Positions 14,172 to 28,105 are shown, counted from the first letter of the stretch. The stretch is DNA of 64,000 nucleotides from Octopus sinensis (GCF_006345805.1 NC_043003.1:44082001-44146000), one strand, 5' to 3'. Notes: generated from the sequence alone by a model not told the origin. Translations and numbers: made by a program.

Positions 14172-14861
14172 TGTTTGTGTGTCTGTGCATCCCGGTTAAA
14201 GGTTTACGACTGCGGAAACTATAAAGTTTGAGGAGCATTTCATTCAAAGAAGGAAGAAGGTGAATCTTTCGAACTAATTTTACTATATTGATTTCAACCC
14301 CCACCGAAATAAACTTGATACATATACTTCTAAAAGAATGGTGAATTTTGCTAGCAGAAAGATTAATCCGGATAAATATGTTGATTTCGAACTTTGCACA
14401 TTGTAATGTAATAATACACAACATCACTTCAATTTTTTTATCGGCCGTGTGGCAACGTTACAAAGGAAATGGTTACCAATATTTCTGAGTGAATATATAG
14501 AGTTTTCAGTCACACTAAAAAGAAAACACTTCAGCAAGGCGGGTTTATTTTATCTCTGTACATTTGGCAGAGGCATTTAAAACAATGATGAAAAGTTAAG
14601 GAGAGAGAAAGTCTCCTGCAAATATTCGGTAACTAATTTTCATATTTCATAAGGATTCTTCCATATTTTATTTTTACGCCCATGTGCACATTTCAATTTC
14701 CGAGAATAATTTAATCTTGTCATGACGAAGTCTTGGAGTATTTTCGGCACTCAAAGTTCGAACGCCATTAATATTATCACATGTGCCTTCATTCGATCCA
14801 GCCAATAGTGAAGTTAATATTTCTTATTCATGTTTCACTTAATAGCAGTTGCTATTTGTTA

Positions 14862-14862
<1 letters not shown>

Positions 14863-14925
<63 letters not shown>

Positions 14926-14981
14926 TTATTATTATTATTATTGTTGTTGTTGTTATAATAATAATAATAATAATAATAATA

Positions 14982-15028
<47 letters not shown>
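14863..15028. repeat. Compound (TTA)n/(TAA)n microsatellite
   Basis: Seen directly; it forms the tail or target of the adjacent LINE. Confidence 0.95.
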
Positions 15029-17676
15029 GTTTGACTTTTGCTTTATATTTGTACAAGTTGGCTCCAAGTCTCACCCAGAGACCTCAAGAGACAACAGGTT
15101 GGAAGTTCACGTTGTTGTTATACCTAGTGTGCCATATATTTGGGGTTTTTTTATGGCTGTACTAGTGAATGTCTATTAAATAAATTTTTAAAATAGAGTT
15201 TGTTTTAAACCTTGAGATTACATAGAGAGTATTTTGCGTAGGATATGAGCAGTTTCCATGAGCACTATCTTTTGAATTTCTGCCATTTTGGGGTTTCCTG
15301 GTATCTGAGTTAGGTAGCTATCAGCCCCTTTTGCTATCATTCCCAGGGCACCTATGACAACAGGTATTGTTTTAGGCTTCAGCTTCCACATTTTGCTGAT
15401 TTTTATTTCAAGATCTTTATATTTGCTCAGTTTTTGGTAGGTCTTGACAGATACGTTTATATCGATTGGGACAGTCATATAAATGAGGAGGCATATTCTT
15501 TGTCTGAAGTCAATCAATATGATGTCTGGCCTGTTTGCATCTATCTTTCTGTCAGCGTTAACCTCCAGAGGAGTGAGATGTGGTCATTTTCAAGCACTGG
15601 AGGTGGATTGTGTTCCCACCAGTTTTTTTCATGGGGCAAATCCAGATTTTTCCAAATTACCCAGTGAATATATTGTGCAGCTCTATCATGCCTGTTGAGG
15701 TAGAAGACTGCACTTGGAGACAACATGATCAATGGTTTCCTTTTGTTGTCGACATGCACGACATGTTGGGCTACTGCCTTTCTTTAGTATGTTGGTTTGG
15801 TAGTTTCTTGTTGGTAGGCATTGATCTTGAGCTGCTATGATACACCCTTCTGTTTCTGATTTTAAGCCAGAGGCCATTAGCCATTTATGGATCAGGGCTT
15901 TCTCAATATCTGCATTATTCGCTCTCTTTGGGTATTTGCCATAGAGAGGTTTTTCTTGCCATTTTTTATTCAGAATATCTAAGGCCGCAGTTTTGGCACG
16001 GGTTTTCATGCGATTAGCTTTTTCTGTGCTTGTTTCTTGTATGTCTATCTCTAATTCCGAAATTTGTTGTATTCGGAATTCACTTAGATATTCCTTTGCC
16101 TGTTTTGTTACTGAGTATGATGCTTTCTTGTTTTCATGTTTTGAGACAAGTTTTAACATCCAGTCCTCAAACTTTTTCAGGTAGGTGTCTAGTCCAATTG
16201 TAGCAATCTTCATTGTCGTTGCCAGTTGTAAAAGACCATGGCGTCCATGTTTTCTTGGCAGATAAAGTCGTTTTGTATCTGCTTTAGGGTGGTGCATTCT
16301 ATGCATTGTCAACAGTTTTCGTATTTTTCTGTCAAGCTGACATATTTCAGTAATTGACCAGTTAACGATATTGAAACTGTAAGTCACGACTGGTATGGCT
16401 AATGCATTGATCGCTTCGATCCTGTTTCTTGCATTCAGCTCTGTCCTGAGTATTGCTCTCACTCTTCGATAACATTCTCTCCAGATCCTTTTCTTCATCT
16501 CTGAATGTCTTATTCAGTCCCCTTCAATTACCCCTAGGTACTTGTAGCTCTCCGCTGGGTCTAGTTCTTTTATGACATTCTGCCGGTCAATGTTAACGTT
16601 AGATGTTTCTGTCATTTTTCCTTTGATAAAGGTAGCTTTTGCACATTTATCGAGGCCAAATTGCATTCCGATGTCGTCACTGAATTGTTTGACTATCGCT
16701 AGTAAGCCCTTGAGTTGTTGGTCATTTTTTCCAAAGAGCTTTAAATCATCCATGTAAATGAGATGATTTATATTTTTATCAAACATTTTATACCCGTACT
16801 GCGCGTCATTGAGTAATTTTGAAAGAGGTATTAAGGCTAAACAAAAGAGGAGTGGTGACAGTAAGTCACCCTGGAAAATGCCACATGAAATCTTTACATC
16901 ACCAGCATTTAGGAATTCATTGTCACTGTTCAAAGTTAGTGTGGTTCTCCATGATCTAATACGTACAGTCAAAAGGTTTATCAGAGTAGGTGCTATCTTA
17001 TACATTTCCAGGCATTTCTTAATCCAGCTATGTGGTAGGCTATCAAAAGCCTTTATATAGTCTATCCAGGCTATTGATAAGTTTTTGTGTCGTTTGTGAC
17101 AATCTTCTAAATCATCTTATTGATAGGTAGCTGGTCTTTACAACCGTAGGATCCACGTTTACATCCTTTCTGTTCGTTAGGGAATATGCTGCTGTCTGTT
17201 AAAAAACTATAAGTATATTCCGTGTCAGGAATAGCGTTTATACATAGTTGTTAAGCAAGTTATGGGTCTATAGTTTTTTGGCTCATTTGTTTCTTCACTT
17301 TTTGGAAGCAGGAATGTTTACCCATTAACTAGCGAAGGAGGCATCCGACTAGGGTGTTGCAAAACATCATTGTACAGTTCTGTTAGAAGTTCATGGCTCT
17401 CTGGGAAGGCATTCAAACAGAAGTTAGGAATATTATACTTTCCTGGAGACTTCCATTTGTTTGACCTCCTGAGAGCAGATCATATATCTTCTACCTTGAC
17501 ACCCTCCGACTTTTGCTCTTCTAAGGAGTCCAGTTCTGTAGATGTTCTCTCAATCCAGGGGTCCTTTTCATTGTGTGTTCTTTCTTCAGCCCAAATTTGA
17601 TTCCAAAATCCCTGCACTTCTTCTTTTGATGGTAAAGACCTTACAGTGCTGTTTTTCCTATCTTCCTGTAAAAATT
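15029..17676 (-). mobile_element. 5'-truncated R4/Dong-type non-LTR retrotransposon (RT, CCHC knuckle, restriction-like endonuclease), frameshifted
   Basis: GIFQGDLLSPLLF, YMDDLKL, YKYLGV, CRACRQQKETIDHVVSKC, RHD, KLSKYKDL and PVVIGALG; flanked by (TTA)n on both sides. Confidence 0.92.
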
Positions 17677-17693
17677 TTTATTATTATTATTAT

Positions 17694-18250
17694 TGAGTGA
17701 GAGAGCAGTTCATGCCATCAAAGTGACACTGGGGTAAAATATACGAAGCCCAATATACCCATCATGACTACCCGTCTGATAAAGGTACACCAGGTACATG
17801 CATCACAACCATATGTGCGCGACATGGTGATCTCATATCAAGATAAACAGCACATGACCTTGCAGGTGGGGCCCAGTTAAAATTTTTTCAGGTTGCGTAG
17901 CCCATCCCGCTCAAACGGTCCCTGAATAAGGGTTGTTTAAGGATGTTGAAAGAACCACCCATGTTTCCAGAGGTGAACTATTCAAACTCCAAAGAATCCC
18001 TCTCAACACATGGCTATGATGCTCCCCCACTACTTCTGCTCGTGATCAGAGATGCACATATCGTCAGCCACTAAGGGACATGCTCAACTGGTTAAGGTCA
18101 AACAACTGACAAGCAAATCTGTGGTATTGAGCAGAATATTTGCTGTAGCCCATCTTTTATACCAAGACAAAACAATGTACATGATAACACTTCCAATCAG
18201 TTAAGATCAGAAGCCATGAGAGCCACTGCCTGGTACTGCATCAGGGCATT
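17694..18250. mobile_element. ~555-bp non-coding insert bounded by (TTA)n
   Basis: Unique-looking, GC-richer block lying exactly between two (TTA)n runs; no ORF. Confidence 0.5.
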
Positions 18251-18251
18251 T

Positions 18252-18329
<78 letters not shown>

Positions 18330-18642
18330 GTCATCATCATCATCATCATCGTCATTGTCGTCGACGTCCTCATCATTATTAGCATCAACATCATCATCAT
18401 CAAGATTGAATGTCCGATGTTCAAAAGCTTATATGTCGGATTTTTTGACATGTGTGCAACATGTAACAATATCAATAGAAATATGCACATATATATATGT
18501 ACTTACAACCATACACAGACACACATAGATATATATTAATAAAGTGGATATGCGTTTATATGCGTTCGCTTAGAGAGATATATTTATATATATGCATGTA
18601 CCTAAATTTATGTATATGTGCGTGTGTGAGTTTGTGCATATG

Positions 18643-18674
<32 letters not shown>

Positions 18675-19494
18675 CATATACATGTGTGTATATATCCGTT
18701 CATATATAAATACACACACACACACACACACACACATACATATATATATACAAACGCATGCGCACACACACACACACATAGCTTTCCATTTCTTTCCTGT
18801 ATATGTCTTATCTTCAATGAAGTTATTTTCAAAGGAAAAAGAACAACTCCAGACAATATCGATGAAGACAAGCTGACGCTCATATTATTGTAGTCTCTAT
18901 GACCTTCAGCTGAAGTACGCACTGTCTTGCAAGGAAAAAGTGAAAATAAAAGAAAGATAAACAATGTATATTAGATATTTTAAGAAAAAAAGTCGAAGAC
19001 AAATTGTCAAATGAAAGAAAAAAATGCATCGGAATCCATTTAGACTACTTTATTGTATACGTGTTTGTATATAATTTACCTTCAGAATTTCTTTTGTTCT
19101 GCTTCTAAAAACTTTTGTCGTAATTTTTCTTGATGTTCAAATTTTTTGAGTTTTTGCATCCTCATCTTCCATAGCTTGTGTAAAGTATTAGCTAAATTCA
19201 GTCGATGTAAAGGCAAGTATGGCTTATATAGTTCAATAGTCAGCAGACAATAACCATAACCATATCACCAACATCACTATTTACGTTGATAATAAAGATT
19301 ATGTTTAGTTTGAATTAGCTTGTTTAAATATATATTTATTATCACGTTTATATTTGGAGTGCATTGTAATTTTTACTTTTCACCTCATTATGCACAAACT
19401 TCTGTGTGAGCATGTCATACATAGCTACAAACCAAGGACGTCATATTTTCATTTATTGTCAATAGAACATAAGGCATTTAAACGCATGTGAATA

Positions 19495-19539
<45 letters not shown>

Positions 19540-19548
19540 TATGTATAT

Positions 19549-19838
19549 GTCACCGTCACCGACCAGGCTTTCAGATGTTACTACACATCGCTGGTCACAA
19601 TGCGCTTCGCATTGTTTTAGCCTTCAAATGACGCCACCCCGCTGGCTAAGCGGGCAGGCCAACAGAAGAAAGAGTGAGAGAAAGCTGTGGCGAAAGAGTA
19701 CAACAGGGATTGCCACCACGCCCTGCCGGAGCTTCGTGGAGCTTTAGGTGTTTTCGCTCAATAAACACTCACAACGACCGGTCTGGGAATCGAAACCGCG
19801 AGTCCGCTGCCCTAACCACTGGGCCATTGCGCCTCCAC
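19549..19838 (-). mobile_element. tRNA-derived SINE (family B)
   Basis: Reverse complement of 1797-2074; head gtggaggcgcaatggcccagtggttagggcagcggac. Confidence 0.85.
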
Positions 19839-19938
19839 ATATGTATATGTATATATGTATATATATGTTCTGATCATACACTTTACTGAACTTAGAGGTA
19901 TCAATGGAGGGCCGAAGTTGGGAGATTGGAGAGTATAA

Positions 19939-20330
19939 TCATGATGGGCCACGCAGGTGTGATAGGATGTGCTTCCTTTCATGTGGACAAGGATTAGAAA
20001 TGTTACTTCTGCAGTTCAGGTAAATATCTGTCTCCTGCGAACTCTCTAAAATCGTTCTTTTCTCAGTTGGGCATAGTTTGCACTTCCTGCCGCTACTGGA
20101 GTACGCTTTGCGTTTCTCTAAAATGTTCCACTTTATACTGTACTCGTTGCATTCGTTCACCGACTATACGTGCTTCACCAGTGTAATGTCGTTAAGTCTC
20201 TGCGAAATGTTGAAGGAGTACTTGGGGTCCTTATAGCAGGTGCTGAAGGGAAGTTCAGAGGCACGTTTGGTTGCCTATATAGTCTTATTGCTATTACCTC
20301 TGCCTCGTATACCACGGTCTCCGTGTTACC
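19939..20330 (-). pseudogene. Degenerate GIY-YIG endonuclease of a Penelope-like element
   Basis: VVYEAEV...YIG across frameshifts, then YSIKWNILEK..CKLC..E..LN..CPH, matching the layout of 43383-44060. Confidence 0.7.
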
Positions 20331-20854
20331 GTGGCCGGTCCGTGGATACATGAGTTACCACTACATGAGCATATCTATGCATATATAAGCTCTTTTTGTT
20401 GTATTTGTGCTCGAATTTTTCATAGTGTGTATCACTGAAGTCTCATGCTTGCATGCTTACCTGGTGCTTCTACTTATTCTTAGCCAGTGTCTAGTATTTA
20501 CTACGGTGCTTACACAATTCTCTTTTTCAATGATATGTCTTACAAATTAGCTCGAACAATTTATGCTTTATCGGAGTTCGCGTATATTTACAGGAGATTT
20601 AATTTGATACATAATTTTGATTAGAGAAAAGAATTCATTGATGACTGATGCAGTTGTATAATTCGCTGCAATTATTCAGGTTCACTTTTTTCCTGTCCGC
20701 TAAGAGTAACACAGATAAACTTAACAGCAATATATGGCAAATGTAAACTTCCTCACCGGACGCAAGAGAGCTTACAATTTTTACATACAAACGCTACGAT
20801 CTGCTCAAATTTCTGTCCGTGACCCCTCCCATCTCACTTAATACACACACACAT

Positions 20855-20890
<36 letters not shown>

Positions 20891-21439
20891 AAACACAAAC
20901 GCATACACACATATATATATATATACATGTACTTGTGTATATACTGATAATTAGGCACAGACGTACTCAAAAATACATGGTCTTTACGAAGAACAAATCT
21001 TTGGCAAATAAGTATTTTAAAACGGCATTAATAAACATTTGTCAAGTGTATTAATGTTCGTAACTCAAGTAAAAAATAATCTTAAGTCTACTGAAATTCG
21101 AAATCAGCTGCTTTTGAAAAATAGAAAAACATATCTAGAGATTTTCCAGTATGAAACGGCATATTTTGTTGTGAGGTGATGGGGAAAAGAACCTTAAAGA
21201 GAAGGGCCCTGCAGGGGACATCACGTACGTCCTCATCTCGGCACTCTATTTAATCCAGTTGATGAATTATTTATAATAATAATTAGCTTTGTTTTGAATG
21301 AGCGAGGTTCCCAGACAATGTATCTTTAATAAACAATAAAATATGTATGTAAGTTTTAACTTCATCATATGCTTCGAAATAGTAGCCCTGCGCTGCAATA
21401 CAATTATCTTAACATTCCTCCTAGTTTTGGAATCCGGCC

Positions 21440-22193
21440 TGGAAGTCATTTTCCGTAAATGAGTCGAAGAAGTTCAGTGATTTGTTCTGGACTTCGACAA
21501 CGGTGTTAGAAAGGCGACTTTTGAGTTGCATATTTTCAAATTGAGGAAGACAGGGATGTCAGCAGGTGTGACATTTGGCGTATAGGGAGTGTGCGGAAGC
21601 AATATCATATTGTTTTTGGTGAGAAACTCAAGAGTAAAGAGACCTCGGTGACATGATGCATTGTTGTCGTGAAGAATTCAATTGTTCGCGCCCCACACAT
21701 CCGGTTACTTTCTCCCACATATCTCCCACATATGCTTTAAAACGTTGCTGTAGAACTCTCGACTGATGGTCTAAAACTGGGTTACGAATTCAGGATGTAC
21801 AATATCACATTTCCAGTAGTGAGGCCTGTGGATGGTCTTCGAGATCGGTTATCGTCTTGCAGTGAGGTTGCTCCGATTTTCAAGGGCCCATGTTCCTCTA
21901 AATATTGTGTACGACCGATTGCCGCTTGCTGAAGTATACTGAACGTCTCTGTAGCAGGCCTCCCAAGTTTAATTTAAAATTTTACGATGGCTCTTCATTC
22001 CTTTCCATAACAAAATCGCAAACTACAGTATACACGTGATAACAACAACACAAATTTCTGAACTCGCCAATTAAACACAGCAATGTGATTTGGCCCACTG
22101 CCTCATGAGGGTCTTTGCCAGCCCACAGACCGTGTGCTGCCTTTTGTTGGCGCACTATAGAACTCGTCGGATAACTTTTGATACCATCTCGTA
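21440..22193 (-). mobile_element. mariner transposon relic
   Basis: Minus-strand ILHDNNASCH and PHTPYTPNVTPAD resemble the HDNA and YSPDLAP(S)D motifs; TIR-like tacgagatggtatcaaaagtt ends at 22193. Confidence 0.75.
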
Positions 22194-23583
22194 ATTTCTA
22201 AGTGCAATGCCTAATTTAATTTGCAGCTATTTTCTTTAAGTACTGTAAAATTGTATATAGTAATACCTCCTTCACTTTTGTCTCACTGGATAGTATATCA
22301 ATGGGGAAATAATGTTCACCAAAACACAAAACTCGATCTCAAGTAATGTAAAACGAGATATTACAAATTTAATGAAATAGCGTTAATGCATATGCTTCAG
22401 AAGCAAGAGTTAATAATTTCATCAGAATAATCTAAACGATGCAAATCCATTTAACTCTTTAAATATTCTCGTTAAAAATGTATATGAAGAAATGTTTAAT
22501 ATTTGCAAATATTCATTAAACGATTTATTAGCACCTCATAATACACCAGTCTTTAACTCTCTTCCCGTTCAACAATTGTGGTCTGAATATGTATCAATTA
22601 TATTACATCAATAACAGAATTTTATCTTAGTAATGTAGAACTTAATTTTCCAAAAGGGATTTCTGATTTTCTTTATCTTCATTTCGTTATTTAATTAATC
22701 ACAGAAACACTTTACAATTTAGACTTCATTTAATTATTGCAATTGCAAATTACTAACGAAATAAATTGTACGGCATTACAGAAGTCTGTGTTTTTTGTTT
22801 AAACATAGTGTAACTGAAAGCTGAATCCACTGGATATATCAGTCTTCATTCTATTCAGTATTAGTGCTGTTTAATTGACAACATACCTGAACATGTAATT
22901 GAATAGTAACCCTCTATTGTTGTGGTGGATATATATTACCCGGAATCACACATGGCTGTAGATATATGAAGAAAGGTATTTCGTTCGTGATAACCTTTCC
23001 TGTCGCATATCTTCAGTCACTATATTGATATTTTAAGTATAATATGATTGATACAAATAATAAGGTTTGTAATTCGGTCGATATTGATCCCAACAAACTG
23101 AATTTCATCAATGTTCATCTGTTGCAAATTGTTAGCTTCCATTGTGTCATTTTTTATATCTCAGTGGCGTGGGGGTAACGTGCAATATATATTAAATCTA
23201 TTTTTTTGTTTGTTTCATCGAGGACTGCTGAAAGTAAGTGTGGCAGGCATCCTTTAATCGCATAACCTTCCACGGAACTTAACACAAATTTGTTCAGTGA
23301 ACCAACGCGTTTAAGTTAAACGCATCAAAGGATGGTGTCTACGAAGAGAAAGAAATATAGGGAAAATATATCTGAAAATAATATTATCCAATACATTATC
23401 AATTATTCAAATATATACCATCTGCTACTGTGTTATTATATCAACATGAATATGTCAAATGTGAATACTTCATTGTTGAGTATGCAACATAATATCTAAG
23501 TATTCATTGCGAATTATAATGCGATGTTCCATCAATTTTGAGACTGTTCCGACATGCACACCCATCCAAACACACACACACAC

Positions 23584-23644
<61 letters not shown>

Positions 23645-23646
<2 letters not shown>

Positions 23647-23847
23647 TGTGTACCGTTGGCGATCTTTTTCTACTCTGTCTTCCCTTCTCTGGATCTTTCC
23701 TTCTCCTATGTTTCCGACGAAGAGCTCCGCTCGAAACGTTAAACCCTTCTTCTTTCCTTCTTTCCTGAGCGTCCAATAATACTATATTTGTTCCACGTCC
23801 TCACGTTGTTGTGTTTTTTTTGTGCTTTCTTGTTTGGATTAACTTTA
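23645..23847 (+). mobile_element. Short Penelope-like pLTR fragment with a variant minimal hammerhead
   Basis: 23710-23744 reads gttt-CCGACGA-a-gagc(tcc)gctc-GAAA-cg-TT-aaac; TA tracts on both sides. Confidence 0.65.
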
Positions 23848-24456
23848 TATTATATATATATAGTGAGAGTTTACAAAAGAACAAAAGACGAAGACGGGTG
23901 TTTAAACAACAAACACATGTAATAGTTTAATATGTAAGTATGTATGTGTGTGTGTGCATCTTGGTATAATGTACAAACATGCAACAGTTTATTTAGATAT
24001 CTATATGAGGCACCACAAAAAGATATTTATGATACGTACATCTAGTCTTAATTATTAGATTTATTGGAAATATATGTAGAGAAAATACAAAGAACGTGTA
24101 AGAGCTATATTTATTAAAACGTTTATCTCTTCTGTCCAACAATAATGCAAAGTCCAGTATATGAGTAAAATATTACATATTAATTTTACTGCTTCCTTTT
24201 TCCCCTTGAAGAGTACTTTACTGATACTATGGGAAAATTACTAACAAAGTTGATTTTTTAAAAGAATTAAGTACAATATTCTTCCATCACATAATGTTTA
24301 TATCATCTATAGGAGCGCAATAGCACAAGTATATATACAAAAATATCTACATATGTATACATGTGTAGGTGTGCATATAGTTGTATTTGTATGTATATGC
24401 ATGTATATATATATATATATACATATATTTATGCATATATATATATAATATGTGTA

Positions 24457-24505
<49 letters not shown>

Positions 24506-24541
24506 CTATATATGAATGTGCGTATGTATATATCTGCATGC

Positions 24542-24578
<37 letters not shown>

Positions 24579-24791
24579 GTGAAATAGAAAGATGAATAAT
24601 CTTGTAGTAGATTAATCAAAAGTTTAACCGATACCTTAGTAGCAAAAATCACAGCAGTAAACAGCACGGTTGGAGGTACAACCATCTGGCGTTGCAACCG
24701 TGCGTTGGTGCGGATAATTGAAATTAAAACATTATTGGTGAATTGAAGAAATGGAGCTGAACGCAGATTGAACAGAAATCGTTTTATTTCA

Positions 24792-24871
24792 TTCTACACG
24801 TGTTTCGAAAGGCACAAATTACCAAAATCCGATTGAATAATGGGACCATATTGTGTCTTTCTCTTCAGGAA
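24792..24871 (-). ncRNA. Type I hammerhead ribozyme motif
   Basis: Reverse complement of 25898-25977. Confidence 0.8.
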
Positions 24872-25897
24872 GAAAAAAGGAAATCCGTTGGAAAAACAAA
24901 AACAGAACAGAGGCGGAGCAAAAACAAAAACAAATCGAACTATGCTCCTAAGAGACCATGGCGAAACTGTTTATCAGTGTATGTTGAGAACCGGTGGCTG
25001 AAGAATTCAACGGGTCAGGCATCGGTCAATCATGTGGGTGAGGGTGTATAGATGTTCTTTGTGACCGAGAATAAAGTTCTGACTATTTAAGGAATATTGG
25101 ATGTTTTATAAGGGGCGAGAAAAAATCTACTTAGAGACGTGTGTGTGTGTATACTGTTCTATATATGTGTGTGTTGGCGTAGGGGTAGAAAACATTTTTT
25201 GTGTACGTGTGTGCGTTTGATCGTTCGGCTGTCAGTGGCTACTGCCGTGATAACCGTTGGGTGGCAGAAAGAAAAAAAATATATATATATTATGTTTTAT
25301 GTGTGTGTGTGTTCATCTAAGCCTGCCTTGTCAAGGAAACCCCCCGCTGTGAAAAAACCAAGCCCCGTTTGTCTTACAGGAGTAATTCCCCTTGCAGTGG
25401 TTAATCGTAGATATCTTAAAGGCTATTTCAGAATTTGTTACCAAGGGCTATGGGTGAACACACACACACATAAAACATAATATATATATTTTTTTTTTCT
25501 TTCTGCCACCCAACGGTTATCACGGCAGTAGCCACTGACAGCCGAACGATCAAACGCACACACGTACACAAAAAATGTTTTCTACCCCTACGCCAACACA
25601 CACATATATAGAACAGTATACACACACACACGTCTCTAAGTAGATTTTTTCTCGCCCCTTATAAAACATCCAATATTCCTTAAATAGTCAGAACTTTATT
25701 CTCGGTCACAAAGAACATCTATACACCCTCACCCACATGATTGACCGATGCCTGACCCGTTGAATTCTTCAGCCACCGTTCTCAACATACACTGATAAAC
25801 AGTTTCGCCATGGTCTCTTAGGAGCATAGTTCGATTTGTTTTTGTTTTTGCTCCGCCTCTGTTCTGTTTTTGTTTTTCCAACGGATTTCCTTTTTTC

Positions 25898-25977
25898 TTC
25901 CTGAAGAGAAAGACACAATATGGTCCCATTATTCAATCGGATTTTGGTAATTTGTGCCTTTCGAAACACGTGTAGAA
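25898..25977 (+). ncRNA. Type I hammerhead ribozyme motif with extended stem II
   Basis: ttc-CTGAAGA-gaaagacacaa...ttgtgcctttc-GAAA-cacgtg-TA-gaa; predicted cleavage GUA^ after 25974. Confidence 0.8.
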
Positions 25978-26045
25978 TGAAATAAAACGATTTCTGTTCA
26001 ATCTGCGTTCAGCTCCATTTCTTCAATTCACCAATAATGTTTTAT

Positions 26046-26093
<48 letters not shown>

Positions 26094-26560
26094 CGATAGA
26101 ATTACAGAATAACGATAGAATTAACGATATATATAAGTATATTAACGATAGATTTTTACAGAATGTAAACAGACCTTACATTTATTTACGGGTAAATTAA
26201 TTAATGTAATAAGGGTACTTATCTTATAGAAGGTATACGTAGACGTTTTTCAATGAAAGAAAAGAAAAACGGTTCTTTTTGCAGTTAGAGTCGACTGGAA
26301 ATAAATTTAGAAGATTTCACCACCTGCTAATTTCGACAGAGGAAAATCTGGCGTGCGTTGTTGAACTCAAGTGTACAAACTTGACTTGTAGCAGAATATA
26401 TTGTGGTTTTTAACCAAAATATCCAAGTACACGTCTATAAGGTAACAATTTCTACGTTTTTTATGAGTTTTCACCTATTAATTCGTCGATTTATGCAAAC
26501 CCTCTTGTTTTTTTTATCACAGAGCAAAGCAACACGTGTTTACTCTACGAAGCCGGAAGT

Positions 26561-26600
<40 letters not shown>

Positions 26601-26606
<6 letters not shown>

Positions 26607-26744
26607 AAGATAAAACTCTGAGTTTCAGATGCCGAAGTGGAAATCCACAACAACATTTCTTCGGTTATCTGGCCAGAGATAGTGTTGTGGATTTCCACTG
26701 CGGCATCTGAAACTCAGAGTTTTATCTTGACTATTAAGTAAATG

Positions 26745-26746
<2 letters not shown>
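26601..26746 (+). mobile_element. Small fold-back element in (TA)n; partial second copy at 27939-28072
   Basis: Arms at 26601-26652 and 26683-26734 (one mismatch), then a 12-nt tail. Confidence 0.8.
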
Positions 26747-26782
<36 letters not shown>

Positions 26783-26787
26783 TATAT

Positions 26788-26818
<31 letters not shown>

Positions 26819-28071
26819 GTCAGTGTGTGTGTAATTATATATATTTACGTATATACGAACACAAATATTTGGGGTCGAATCTATCACTTATTATTAAGGG
26901 AAATGGAAGCGATTTCCTTTTAGTGAGGTTAACATCCCTAAAATTAATTCAAATATATGACTTGAAATATGTTATACTAATAGAGTAGATTTCAAAATCT
27001 CATCAGTAATGTAAATGCATGTTTGTAATTCCTTACGAAATTCAGTGGCAATGATCTTTCATTTTGAGAATCAGCATTAACAAAACCAACTGCATAATGC
27101 ACAGTCCCTTTTAAATACCGTTACCATAAACATACTCAACATAAAACTGAAAACGTGAATCTGTAAAATATCTTGGACAACATCCTGAAGGGTTTACTAC
27201 AACCAATCGACCCCAGTACTTATTTATTTTAAAACTTTTCTTTATTCTAATAGTAACTTTTCTGAAAAGATGAGATGCCAGCATGTGTACAAACCACCGT
27301 CAATTTTCCAGCGGTTGTAAGGGACAAACACGAAAGGGAAGGTCTCACATACATAGAAGTACACACACACACACATACACACATACAAACACACTTACTT
27401 ATAAGCAATGTTTATCGCCACTGTTGCGTAGGGAGCGATGCGAATGCTACTTTTAACCTCAGGAGAACGCCTCCTTCAGATTGTTATTGAATGACATCAG
27501 TACATACATACATACATACATACATACAGACATACATATCATGAACTAAATGTTACTTTCTGAGATGCAGCATGTAATTTTGTCAGTGACCAGGTCACTG
27601 TTTCAGAACGACGGAAACATTCTGGCAACTTAAATGTAAATGTTAAACTGAATCTAACAGTTTTTGTTTGTGTTTAAATGGCTTATAAACAACCAACACG
27701 CTGTAGTTGTATTTGCTATGCATGTATATCTCTGTAACTATATATACATTCCAAACTAAAGTAAACAAAGCGACACTTAGTTTTACAAAGCCAAAATACG
27801 AAATACTGGTTGGTGAAAATCTCAAAATAGAATACTAAGCGTCAACCAAGCATCAATCCTCAAAATTGCACGAGGGCAAGATTTACATCAGAGGATAATT
27901 CAGAAATCTCCATACACAGCAGATATGGGATATGTAGCAACTCTGAGTTTCAGATGCCGAAGTGGAAATCCACAACAACATTTCTTCGGTTATCTGGCCA
28001 GAGATAGTGTTGTGGATTTCCACTGCGGCATCTGAAACTCAGAGTTTTATCTTGACTATTGAGTAAATGTA

Positions 28072-28105
<34 letters not shown>

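Larger units (their letters stand above)
24576..26044 (-). mobile_element. Non-coding fold-back element: ~590-bp inverted arms, 139-bp spacer, ~150-bp tail, in (TA)n
   Basis: 24725-25315 is the near-perfect reverse complement of 25455-26044. Confidence 0.92.

Noticed and set aside
24800-25969. Paired 66-113 aa ORFs in the large inverted repeat
   Set aside because: They are mirror images produced by the palindrome, low-complexity and without motifs.
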